This document shows positions 19,178-27,760 of a stretch of 64,000 nucleotides of DNA, piece after piece. The stretch is taken from NCBI GenBank assembly GCA_963745075.1, contig CAVUWV010000008.1, forward strand, positions 448,001 to 512,000, written 5' to 3'. A program made the position numbers and the translations under genes. Source of the DNA: Candidatus Hydrogenedentota bacterium (lineage in GTDB: Bacteria; Hydrogenedentota; Hydrogenedentia; Hydrogenedentales; SLHB01). Position 1 is the first letter of the stretch; each line of letters opens with the position of its first letter. The notes under the pieces are model-generated. The model was not told the DNA's origin. It ran no database searches and saw only the letters and a list, made by a program, of their open reading frames with translations.

Positions 19178-20227
19178 TTAGGACCAGTCGCTTTGGACGA
19201 CGACGCGGGCGTCTTTGTAGATCACGGCGAAGTCGGTGACGACCGTGAGGTAGGTGCGGTCCCACTGCTGGTTGATGAGTTTGTCGTTCTCGACGAGCAG
19301 GTCCTGTTCGGTGAGTTTCTGGACCGTGTATCCGGCGTCGAGGATAGTCAGTTTATCCGTGGGCTGATCGACCATGGGAACGAGACGCACGCCGAGTGGA
19401 GTGGGCAGGTTGCCGGTCTTCGCGAAGTCGAAGAGGACGGCATCCTTGAGTTCGGTGAGTCCCAGGATGGTTTGCGCCAGCGCCGAGTTTGCCAGCATGT
19501 GGGTGGGCGTGAAGTACTTGTCCAGCGTCAGGGTCATGAACCCTTTGACGATGTCCGCGTAGGTCCACGTGTCGGCGGTGGCGGTGTTCACCGTGGGCGC
19601 CGCCGTGCCGCTGCCAGACGAATCGCCGCTGACAAGGACCGTGGCCAGGCGCGCATCGAGATTGCGACCGAGGCGTTCGCCGATGCGTTGCAAGTGGACG
19701 CGGAGCATGTCGACGGACATGCGGCGGATGACTTCGTAGGACGCGACCACGCCGCGGCCTTTCTTGTCGAGGCGGACGATGCGGTCGCCGTAGGTGATCT
19801 CCGATTCAGGGATCGCGGCGCCTTCGGCGACGGTGCGCAGTTCCTCTTCGGCGGACGCTTCGTCGACGTAGGGCACATCGTAGGCCGTGCTCGATACGGG
19901 TTCGTCGCGGATGATGAGTTCGGGGTAGACCGGCTTGCGCTTGAGACCGGAAACGACGGCCTCCCGCACGATGTCGGGAAAGAGCCATTTCGCGTTGGGG
20001 TCGCTCTGGAAGAAGCGGTCGACGGTAATGCGGTGTACGTCGACGCCGAATTCCTGGGCGCAGTAGTCGGTAAGGGTGGTGCCGAGGGCGCGAAAGTACT
20101 GCCCGTGGGTCAGGCCGAGGGCGCCGAGGGTGTCGTACAAGTCGTGGCCGCGCGTCTGGCGGAGCCGGTCGGGCTCCTGGCTCAGGAACGCGAGGCGTTC
20201 TTTGACGTTGTCGTCGCGGTAGGGCAT
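19178..20227 (-). CDS. Major capsid protein (HK97 fold)
   Basis: 349 aa; LFPDIVREAV, VAEGAAIPESEI, LDKKGRGVVASYEVIRRMSVD, LVENDKLINQQWD; position in head operon. Confidence 0.88.
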   Translation of the reverse strand: MPYRDDNVKERLAFLSQEPDRLRQTRGHDLYDTLGALGLTHGQYFRALGTTLTDYCAQEFGVDVHRITVDRFFQSDPNAKWLFPDIVREAVVSGLKRKPVYPELIIRDEPVSSTAYDVPYVDEASAEEELRTVAEGAAIPESEITYGDRIVRLDKKGRGVVASYEVIRRMSVDMLRVHLQRIGERLGRNLDARLATVLVSGDSSGSGTAAPTVNTATADTWTYADIVKGFMTLTLDKYFTPTHMLANSALAQTILGLTELKDAVLFDFAKTGNLPTPLGVRLVPMVDQPTDKLTILDAGYTVQKLTEQDLLVENDKLINQQWDRTYLTVVTDFAVIYKDARVVVQSDWS

Positions 20228-20336
20228 GTGGGATTCCTTTGTTATTGGCTCGCGCTTTGCGCTCGCATGGGATCGATTACGAGTACGATTACGAGCACGA
20301 GAAGAAGATGGAGGTTAATGATGAGGTTGAGTTGGT

Positions 20337-20717
20337 TTAGAGCAGAACGTGAACCTTGCTTGCTCCGCTGTCGACTTTGAGGTTGCGGCCGACGCCGTTG
20401 CCGGAGGCGGGGGCTTTGACGGTGCCGTCGGTGGCGGAGGCGAGAATGCCGGCCTCGCCGTCGACGGTGGGCGCGGAGCCCGTGTAGGTGAAGATGCAAA
20501 TGCCACGGACCTTGATGGGAATTGCGACGCCGTTGTCGTCGGCGTCCGCCAGGGCTTGGCCGAAGACCACGTCTTCGTCGTCGGTGGCATTGTTCACTTC
20601 ATAGGCGCCGGTGAGCTTGACGGCGTCGCCCGCGGCGATGTCGATGGTGCCGCTGGCGGGGGTTTTGCAGGTGATGACGAGTTCGGTGACCGAACCGCCT
20701 ACGTCTCCGTATGCCAT
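20337..20717 (-). CDS. Capsid decoration/cement protein (DUF2190-like)
   Basis: 126 aa beta-rich, IAAGDAVKLTG..FGQALAD..IKVRG; immediately upstream of the capsid gene. Confidence 0.65.
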   Translation of the reverse strand: MAYGDVGGSVTELVITCKTPASGTIDIAAGDAVKLTGAYEVNNATDDEDVVFGQALADADDNGVAIPIKVRGICIFTYTGSAPTVDGEAGILASATDGTVKAPASGNGVGRNLKVDSGASKVHVLL

Positions 20718-20787
20718 TTTGCGTCTCCTTGTTTGATCACTTCGGTGTGGGCTTCTCTATGCTTGCGCCTATCTGGGCGATGGGTTA

Positions 20788-20811
20788 GGCGGGTTGGAAA
20801 ACCCGCCCTCC
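20788..20811 (+). repeat. REP family B copy inside the phage-like cluster
   Basis: Identical to 14450-14473. Confidence 0.85.
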
Positions 20812-20960
20812 TTTGAGGGACGAAAGGGACCTAAAGGACGGGGAGAAAACCGACGCGCTGCTCGATGTCCCCTTGGTCCTTTTGGTCGTTTGGGTCCTTT
20901 GGATTGGGAGAGGCCCAGTCCTATGGTCCTCATCGATTAGCGCCGCGCGTTGCACTGCGG

Positions 20961-21656
20961 TTACGCCGGGTCGCGGAGGATCGTCATGGCGCGATTTTGG
21001 TCTCGCGTGGTCTGTGTCAGCGGCTCCGGTCTGGATGTGGGGCTCGGGGGATATTTGTTGTCGAACCGGATCTCGTAGGCGCGGAGGTGGACATGGATCT
21101 CGTCGAGGGAGAGTTGGGCGAGGGTCCGGCGCCAGAGCGTGTCGTCGAAGGACGGGCCGTCGAGTTCGCGGCCGAGCCCGCAGAAACGTTCGATGGCGCG
21201 GGTGCGGGCGGTTGCGCCGTCGGTGATGAGGCGAGCGGCGTCGTGTTCGCGCGCGCCGGCTTCGTCCAGGGCGTGGCGGATGTCCCGGACGGCGGCGGGG
21301 GGCAGGCCGTCGACGCGGCGTGCGCGGATGACGCGGGATTCGCCGTTGCTGTGGAGGACAAGGGCGCGCTCGTCTTCGGTGGATTCAAGCCAGTGGTAGG
21401 TGCCTGCTTCGAGGCAAATGGCGTCGCCGGGCTGGTTGAGCCAGCGGAGATCGTGGGGCGCTTTTTCGGTCGCCCAGGGCTTGCCGTCGAGAGCGGTGGC
21501 GTCGATGCGCCAGCCGGTGAGGCAATCGCCGAATTCGAGGCGCAGATCGAGGTGGGCGCCGATGGCGTCGCGGTGGCGGTGGATGACGTAGCGGCCGTCT
21601 GGGGTGGTTGGGCGCAACGTGGAATCGGGGGTTTCGGTGGTGAGGGTCCAGTACAT
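20961..21656 (-). CDS. LigD-type 3'-phosphoesterase domain fused to a helical scaffold-like C-terminus
   Basis: RYVIHRHRDAIGAHLDLRLE..LTGWRI..KAPHDLRW..EAGTY resembles PE-domain FVxQxH..HxDxRLE..W..H..GTY; AAAGGA RBS before ATG 21656. Confidence 0.65.
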   Translation of the reverse strand: MYWTLTTETPDSTLRPTTPDGRYVIHRHRDAIGAHLDLRLEFGDCLTGWRIDATALDGKPWATEKAPHDLRWLNQPGDAICLEAGTYHWLESTEDERALVLHSNGESRVIRARRVDGLPPAAVRDIRHALDEAGAREHDAARLITDGATARTRAIERFCGLGRELDGPSFDDTLWRRTLAQLSLDEIHVHLRAYEIRFDNKYPPSPTSRPEPLTQTTRDQNRAMTILRDPA

Positions 21657-21690
21657 TGAGGGGGTCCTTTTTTGGGTGGGCGGCGGCAGA

Positions 21691-21729
21691 AACACGGACT
21701 TACACGGACAGCCACGGACGGGCACGGAC
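21691..21729 (+). repeat. 10-bp-period CACGGAC tandem array
   Basis: Units at 21693, 21703, 21713, 21723. Confidence 0.85.
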
Positions 21730-21739
21730 CAATGCGGCT

Positions 21740-21952
21740 TTACGCGTGAAGCAGCTGCTGGCCGAGGGAAATGACCACCGCGACGAGGTTGGCGACAAGG
21801 AGGAGGACGCCTCGTGCGAGCGTGGTTTCGAGGTCTTGGACCCGCGCTTTCAGTTCCTTGATGTCTTCGGCGAGGTTGTTGACCTGAATCTCGTAGACGA
21901 TGCCGTATGGGCAGCGTTCCGTGTCGCAGGGGGCGGTTGCGTTGCTATTCAT
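21740..21952 (-). CDS. Small coiled-coil plus C-terminal TM protein (70 aa)
   Basis: LAEDIKELKARVQDLETTL coiled coil then GVLLLVANLVAVVISLG; start overlaps the protease stop. Confidence 0.6.
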   Translation of the reverse strand: MNSNATAPCDTERCPYGIVYEIQVNNLAEDIKELKARVQDLETTLARGVLLLVANLVAVVISLGQQLLHA

Positions 21953-22644
21953 GGGACCACCATTTGCGGGGGCAAAGTTCGATGGGTTCGTGGTAGGCGT
22001 CGCGGGCGACTTTGAGAGCTTGGTCGAGGGGGAGCGTGCGTTTGGCGCGTTCGGCTGCGACGAAGCCGGTGCCCTGCGAACCGGAGGAGACGACGGAGCC
22101 TTCAATAACTTCGAGGACGTTGCGCATGATGTAGTGGCATTGGTGATCTCCGTAGGTCTTGCCGGGGACGTGGTCGCAAGTGCGGAGGTCTTTTGCGCAG
22201 ATCGAGCATTCGGGTGTTTCGAAGGAAAAGCCGATGGAGGTCTCGCGATACACGCCGCCCTCGATGTTCAGGATGAAGTCGGCGTTGTCCTGGGTGCGGA
22301 GCACGTAGAACGTCGGGCCGCACGGCGACGCGCGCGCCGTCGTGATGGAGCTGGGATCGGAAGAAAGTGCCGCGCGGCAACGAACCGCGCAGATCGTGGC
22401 GCTCCATCAGCGGACGGCCTGGGGTCATGGCGCTGATCGTTTCGAGTTCGTCGTCGGGGAAGCGGCTGTGGTGCCGGTCGATCTGGTTGTGGCAGAGGTC
22501 GAGGGTGAAGACCGCGAACTCGTGCGGTTCGAGGGGGCGCAGGGCGAAGCGGTTGACCTCAGCGGCGCTGCTGTCGTCATCGGCGCGGGCGCGGACGGCG
22601 ATGAGGGCGCCTTCGCGGCGGAATACAAAGGGATCGAGATCCAT
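21945..22644 (-). CDS. Prohead maturation protease-like protein with Cys/His motif, split by one extra base at ~22309
   Basis: LCHNQIDRHHSRF..MERHD..VRPDV / YVLRTQDNADFILNIEGGVYRETSIGF..CSIC..CDH..CHY..EGSVVSSGSQ; removing one base (GACGTTCTAC to GACGTCTAC on the minus strand) joins both ORFs. Confidence 0.7.
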
Positions 22645-22681
22645 GGCGGTGCTCCGTGTTGTTGTCGGGTAGTCACTGACC

Positions 22682-22769
22682 GGAAAAACAGGGACAGACA
22701 CCAATTGCCGTTGGAAGTTTGGGTGAGGCAAACGTTCTTGGGGCAATTTGAGTCAGTCCCCATTTTTCC
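22682..22769. repeat. REP-like inverted pair (GGAAAAATGGGGAC type)
   Basis: Arms 22682-22709 and 22742-22769; related arm at 63948-63972. Confidence 0.7.
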
Positions 22770-22899
22770 AAGGGGCATACATGGGGACACCTGTCGGCCC
22801 GGTGGACATATACTTATTGATTATTCAGGGGCTAACGAGTGCCCCCATGTATGACCCTTGCGATTGCGGATTGCGGACTTCGAATTGCAGATCGGAAGA

Positions 22900-23057
22900 A
22901 CATCCCCCTTGATCCCCCTTCAAAGGGGGAGTTCGGCCAGCGTCGTCTATTAGTATGTGCGCGGTGACATGCTCCGAACCGAATTCTTTTGGCGAACCTA
23001 ACGCAACGCGAAGCGTTGTGGGAGATTCCCCCTTTGAAGGGGAATTAAGGGGGATGT
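22900..23057. repeat. REP-like inverted pair (ACATCCCCCTTGATCCCCCTTCAAAGGGGGA type)
   Basis: 33-bp arms 22900-22932 and 23025-23057, each with an internal hairpin. Confidence 0.8.
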
Positions 23058-23064
23058 GCATTTC

Positions 23065-24324
23065 CTATCCGATGCCGAGGGTTTTGGCGGCTTCTTCGTG
23101 GGTGAGGAAACCGTTTTCGCGGAGTTGGACGGCGTTGGCGATCTCGCGCTGGCGGGCGGTGGCTTCTTTGAGCACGTCGACGGTGCGGTTGGCGCGCACA
23201 TGGACGCGGGCCTCGGCGTAACCCCACATGAGCGCGAGTTCGAAGTTGTAGAGCCGTTCGAGGATGCGTTTGACGCTGCGGTTGACGGCCTCAACGTGGC
23301 GGTTGATGATTTCGAACTGGGCGGTGCCGTAGGTTTCGGTGGTGCCGTAGTTGCGGCCGAGGAGGATCGGCATGAGGTGCATGCCGGTGATCACCTGTTC
23401 CTCGATGGCCTTGTGGTTGTCGTAAAAGATCTGCGCGTGTTGGTCGCCGCGAATGAGATTGACGCGCACGTTGTCGAAGGTGACGAAATTCTGATCCGCT
23501 TCGAGTCCGGACAAGCGATCCCGCAGCAGATCGAAGTTGCCCTGGATGCGTTCTTCATAGGCCTCGGCGGATTCGCCGCGGGCGCGTTCGTCGGCGGTGT
23601 ATTGGACGTGGAGTTTGGACCAGCCGGCGTTGTGGGTGGCTTTGGCCATATCTTCGAGGAGGCGCTGCTGGATCTTCACGACGAAGGGGATAGACCGCAG
23701 CATGGAGCGGCCGTAGGGATTGGTGCCGTCGCGATCGAGACCGACGTAGATGAACCGTTCGGGCGGCAAGGGGATGGCCTCGCCGTCGAGGATCTGGTAG
23801 GGCCGGAGAAGCCCGTCCTCACGGCGGAAGCGAACGGTCCAGACGTCGACGGGGAGGACGTCGAAGATGGATTCGCGGCTCTGAGAAAGCACGATCTCGA
23901 CCGCGGCGGCACCGTAGGTGAAGAGCGAGGTGTAAAACACATCGAGGAGACCGTCCATGCCGCGGTCGCCGGAATTCACGCGCCTGTCGAGTTCGTGGAG
24001 GAGGCGTTGCGCGCGGCGTTTGGCGGCGTCGGACGACGGGTTGAGGATCTCGATGTCGTAGCCGGTCTGGCAGAGGCGTTTCCAGGTCCAGACGGCGTCG
24101 GAGATGTCGGGGATGGCGTCGCGCAGGAAGCGGTAGACCTGGAGCATGCCGAAGGGCGTATCGTTGGGGAGGGCGACGAACTCGCGGGGAATGCCCTGAA
24201 AGGCGCGCTGGTCTTCGGCGAGGGACGCGGGGAACAGGGCGCCGCCGCGCTCGCGGGTGGTGAAGGTTTCGGCGCGGGGCGCGGGCTTTGGGGGGCGGCG
24301 GAGGCGTTGGAACCAGTGGAGCAT
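23065..24324 (-). CDS. Phage portal protein
   Basis: About 420 aa; YRFLRDAIPDISDAV, YGAAAVEIV, NPYGRSMLRSIPF, ILLGRNYGTTET, GFLTHEEAAKTLG; first gene of head operon. Confidence 0.8.
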   Translation of the reverse strand: MLHWFQRLRRPPKPAPRAETFTTRERGGALFPASLAEDQRAFQGIPREFVALPNDTPFGMLQVYRFLRDAIPDISDAVWTWKRLCQTGYDIEILNPSSDAAKRRAQRLLHELDRRVNSGDRGMDGLLDVFYTSLFTYGAAAVEIVLSQSRESIFDVLPVDVWTVRFRREDGLLRPYQILDGEAIPLPPERFIYVGLDRDGTNPYGRSMLRSIPFVVKIQQRLLEDMAKATHNAGWSKLHVQYTADERARGESAEAYEERIQGNFDLLRDRLSGLEADQNFVTFDNVRVNLIRGDQHAQIFYDNHKAIEEQVITGMHLMPILLGRNYGTTETYGTAQFEIINRHVEAVNRSVKRILERLYNFELALMWGYAEARVHVRANRTVDVLKEATARQREIANAVQLRENGFLTHEEAAKTLGIG

Positions 24325-24580
24325 ATCGGGGTGATCCTCAGGTGTTGGTTTCATTGGTTAGGCACGGGGCGTTGCATGGAGAAGGCTGGAGACCGGAGTC
24401 CGGAGGCTGGAAGGGACAGAGGCGCAGCCAGGACATAGGTAACAGACTCGGACTGACACGGACGACCGAGACGGCCGCATGCTGGTGCTAGTGCTTGGGT
24501 AGGTGATGGGGTCGAAAAGATTTGGGAAATGGCTCATAATTAGAGGATTCCTTTGGGATATGACCGTGGAGGGCTGGATA

Positions 24581-27500
24581 GTGCGGTGGATTCGAATGAC
24601 GTGGTGTTTGGTGGCGGCGGTTGGCGTAGCGCTGGCGGCGGTGGGCCAGGAGGGGAACGTCAAGGCGTGGGAAGGGGAAATCACCATTCCCACGTATCCC
24701 ATCTATGGCGCGGACGTGAATCCGAAGATTTACGAGCTGGAAGGGTCCATCGTCTACCCTTACACGATGCAAGACCATTTGACGACGATCAAGGAGGACC
24801 GGACGTACCGGGCGGTCTGCCTGGAAAACGAGTATCTGAAGGTGACGTGTTTGCCGCAGCTCGGGGGCCGCATCCATTCCGTGCTCGACAAGACGACCGG
24901 CGAGCAGATGTTTCACCTGAACCACGTGATCAAACCGGGGCTGATCGCCATGCGGGGGGCGTGGATCTCGGGCGGGATCGAATGGAACCGGGGACCGCAG
25001 GGACATACGGTGACGAGTTTCGCGCCGGTCAACGTCACGTCACGGCCGAACCCGGACGGGTCGGCGTCGCTGGTGATTGGGTATACGGAGGCGAATTTTC
25101 ACACGCGGTGGAACGTCACGCTGACGTTGCGGCCGGGCAAGGCCTATTTGGACGAAGCCATCCGCATTTACAACCCGACCGACGGCACGCACAGCTTTTA
25201 TTTCTGGAACAACACGGCGTTCCCGTGCGAGCCTGGGACGCGGTTTATCTATCCCATGACGCTGGGGACGGACCATGCGGGCACGACGTTCTTTCATTGG
25301 CCGATCGACAACGGACGCGATTTGACGTGGCTGAAGAACTACGATAAGCCCACATCGGTGTTCGCGTACGAGTGCGCCTTCGATTTCTTTGGCGCGTACG
25401 ACGTGGACCGCGATCGCGGAATCGTGCAGTACGGGAATCATGAAATCGTTACGGGCAAGAAGGCGTGGACTTGGGGGCAGTCGGGTGACGGGCTGGCGAG
25501 CCAGGCGGCGTTGACGGACGATGACGGTCCGTATATCGAGGTGCAAAGTGGGCCGTTGCGGACGCAAGCGGACTACGGACTGTTGGGGCCGCACGAAGAG
25601 ATTGCCTGGCGGGAGTGGTGGTATCCCGTGCACGGGTTGGGCGACGGGTTCGAGTACGCGACGCAGGACGCGGCGGTGCAGACCTACCGCAACGATGGCG
25701 ATCTCGAGGTGCGGGTGCTGACGACCGGCGTGTACGACGGCGCAAAATGCACGTTTTCGCGGGACGGCCAGACGATTGGCGCGAATGCGGTGGACCTGTC
25801 GCCCATGAAACCGGTGGTGATGAAGCAGGCAGGGGCAGCGGACCGACCGGTGCAGATTCGCGTCGAAAGCGCAGCCGGCGCGGTGCTCGCCGAGTACACG
25901 TCGCCGCTGCCGATTCCGGAGCGGACGCCGCCGGCGAAGACGGAAGCCGATCCGGTCGATACGGCAGAGGAAGCGTGGCTGGAAGGCGTCACTGCGGAGG
26001 AACGCATCCAACGCACCAACGCGCGGGCAGCCTACGAACGGGCGCTGACGTTTGACCCCGGATTCGTGCCGGCGTTGCGGTCGCTGGCCGTGCTGGATCT
26101 CGAGGCCGGATTGTACGACGACGCGGCGGAAGGACTGGAACAGGCACTGAAACGGAACCCGGAAGACGGGATGTCGTGGTATTACCTTGGCGTCGCGCGG
26201 CTGAAACAGGACCGGTTGGACGAAGCGGAGTCCTGCGGATACCGCGTAATCGACCAACTGGACGAGCGGTCGTTGGGATACGATCTGGTCGGGCGGGCCT
26301 TGATGCGGCAAGGAAAATACGCGGACGCCGTGCCTGCATTCAGGCAGGCGATGACGTTGAACCCGACGGATTCGCGCGCACGGGATCATTGGTTGACGGC
26401 ATTACACGGCGCGGGCGAACACCAACAATTGCTGGACGGGGTTGCCGCCGCGCACGCCGCGGATCCCTTGGACTTCGTGACCGGCGCGCTGGTTGCGCTG
26501 CAAGATCCGAGTTATTTGCCCGGTTTCATCGACGAGATGAAAGGGACGATGGGACCGTACCAGTCGGAGATGATCCGGTTGTCGCTCTATTTTGACGATT
26601 TGGGGTTGACCCGTGAGGCGTTTCAGTTGTTGGACGCGGCATACGCGAGATTCGCCCCGGCGGTACACCAGATTACCTACTATCCGGGAAAGCCTCCGGT
26701 GGACCTGCGGGATCGGCCGTTGCCCTGGTACGTGATGGCGTACTACGCGAGCAAGTTGAACTTGCAGAACGAGGAAACGCGCTGTCTGCGCAAATCACAA
26801 ACCGTCTACGGAAACTACGCCTTCCCGTCGCAACCAGTGTACGAGCGCATACTGAAACATGCGATCGAGAAGAATCCCGAGGATTCGCGGGCACATTTGT
26901 ATCTCGGCAACCTGTACGGGGGCCTTGGGCGCTTGGACGAGGCCAAAGCGGAATGGGAAGCGGCGGCGGCACTACCGGGCGCGCTCAGCGTCGCGTACCG
27001 GAATCTCGGTTTGTACGCGTGGAAGAAGGACGAGGACCTGTCGAAGGCGGAAAGACTGTACCAGCAGGCGATTGCGGCTTTCCCGGGGGATCAAACCTTA
27101 TACCGCGATGAGGCGAATATCCTGATCGCCGACAAAAAGCCGGACGAAGCGATTGCGGTCCTGGAAGGCATGCCGTTGAATCGGGCGCGGCGCGGTGACG
27201 TGACGGTATTGCTGGCGCGGACGTATAACGACGTGCACCGGTACGACGACACGATCGCGTTGCTGGACGACGCTTTCTTCTCGAACTGGGAGAACAACAG
27301 CCTATCATGGCGCGTGTGGTCACAGGCACATGTCGAGCGCGGCAAACAGCGGATGGACGCGGGTGACGCGAAATCCGCGCTGACGGATTTTGAAGCGGCG
27401 TTGACCTATCCCGAGAATCTCGGCGTGGGCCGTCCGGCGGACCCGGAAGAAGCGGAGGTCTTGTTCTGGAAGGGCAAGGCCTTGGCTGCGCTGAACCGGA

Positions 27501-27616
27501 TGGATGAAGCGAAGGCGACGTGGCAGTCCGGCGCGGGCGGCCACGCAGGCTCGGATACACAGAACGAGTATGTGAAGCGGTGCAAGGAGGCACTGGCGGC
27601 GGGCGCGCAGGCGTAG
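24581..27616 (+). CDS. DUF5107 domain plus TPR-repeat secreted protein
   Basis: LENEYLKVTCLPQLGGRI, WISGGIEWN, YIEVQSG motifs then many TPRs; start uncertain (24503-24596). Confidence 0.85.
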   Translation: MRWIRMTWCLVAAVGVALAAVGQEGNVKAWEGEITIPTYPIYGADVNPKIYELEGSIVYPYTMQDHLTTIKEDRTYRAVCLENEYLKVTCLPQLGGRIHSVLDKTTGEQMFHLNHVIKPGLIAMRGAWISGGIEWNRGPQGHTVTSFAPVNVTSRPNPDGSASLVIGYTEANFHTRWNVTLTLRPGKAYLDEAIRIYNPTDGTHSFYFWNNTAFPCEPGTRFIYPMTLGTDHAGTTFFHWPIDNGRDLTWLKNYDKPTSVFAYECAFDFFGAYDVDRDRGIVQYGNHEIVTGKKAWTWGQSGDGLASQAALTDDDGPYIEVQSGPLRTQADYGLLGPHEEIAWREWWYPVHGLGDGFEYATQDAAVQTYRNDGDLEVRVLTTGVYDGAKCTFSRDGQTIGANAVDLSPMKPVVMKQAGAADRPVQIRVESAAGAVLAEYTSPLPIPERTPPAKTEADPVDTAEEAWLEGVTAEERIQRTNARAAYERALTFDPGFVPALRSLAVLDLEAGLYDDAAEGLEQALKRNPEDGMSWYYLGVARLKQDRLDEAESCGYRVIDQLDERSLGYDLVGRALMRQGKYADAVPAFRQAMTLNPTDSRARDHWLTALHGAGEHQQLLDGVAAAHAADPLDFVTGALVALQDPSYLPGFIDEMKGTMGPYQSEMIRLSLYFDDLGLTREAFQLLDAAYARFAPAVHQITYYPGKPPVDLRDRPLPWYVMAYYASKLNLQNEETRCLRKSQTVYGNYAFPSQPVYERILKHAIEKNPEDSRAHLYLGNLYGGLGRLDEAKAEWEAAAALPGALSVAYRNLGLYAWKKDEDLSKAERLYQQAIAAFPGDQTLYRDEANILIADKKPDEAIAVLEGMPLNRARRGDVTVLLARTYNDVHRYDDTIALLDDAFFSNWENNSLSWRVWSQAHVERGKQRMDAGDAKSALTDFEAALTYPENLGVGRPADPEEAEVLFWKGKALAALNRMDEAKATWQSGAGGHAGSDTQNEYVKRCKEALAAGAQA

Positions 27617-27760
27617 AAGAAACCTGCACGGACGAACGCGGACGATCGGGCGCGATACTGGCTGCGAGAACACGAGAGACATAGGATTCGAGAGAACCGG
27701 CGCGGGCGGTGAATGACCGTAAGCGGCTCCCGCGGCAAGCCGGTTCCCTGATGATGGAAC

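Larger units (their letters stand above)
15063..24324 (-). mobile_element. Phage-derived head plus tail-tip gene cluster (11 genes); no integrase, terminase or tail tube seen; probably domesticated (GTA-like or cryptic)
   Basis: Co-oriented portal, protease, capsid, adaptor, Dit-like, Tal-like and holin-like genes in canonical order with good RBSs, flanked by ordinary host genes. Confidence 0.85.

Noticed and set aside
19178..20227. Capsid gene as an encapsulin
   Set aside because: Portal, protease, adaptor and tail-tip genes accompany it, unlike encapsulin operons.
18596..20380. Long antisense ORFs (also 2065-3654, 23056-24438, 33812-35683, 40790-42847, 60336-62378)
   Set aside because: Shadow frames of real genes in GC-rich DNA with no recognisable motifs.
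14450..20811. Identical 24-bp direct repeats as attL/attR
   Set aside because: One copy lies inside the head module, the sequence is a hairpin REP, and no integrase or tRNA is present.
19019..21729. CACGGAC arrays as CRISPR
   Set aside because: 7-bp units with 3-nt linkers, no spacers and no cas genes.
22300..22320. Programmed frameshift in the protease gene
   Set aside because: No slippery sequence, the break falls mid-domain, and similar indels occur in housekeeping genes.
15063..24324. Tailocin, eCIS or complete prophage
   Set aside because: No tube, sheath or tape measure, while head genes are present; no lysogeny or replication genes.
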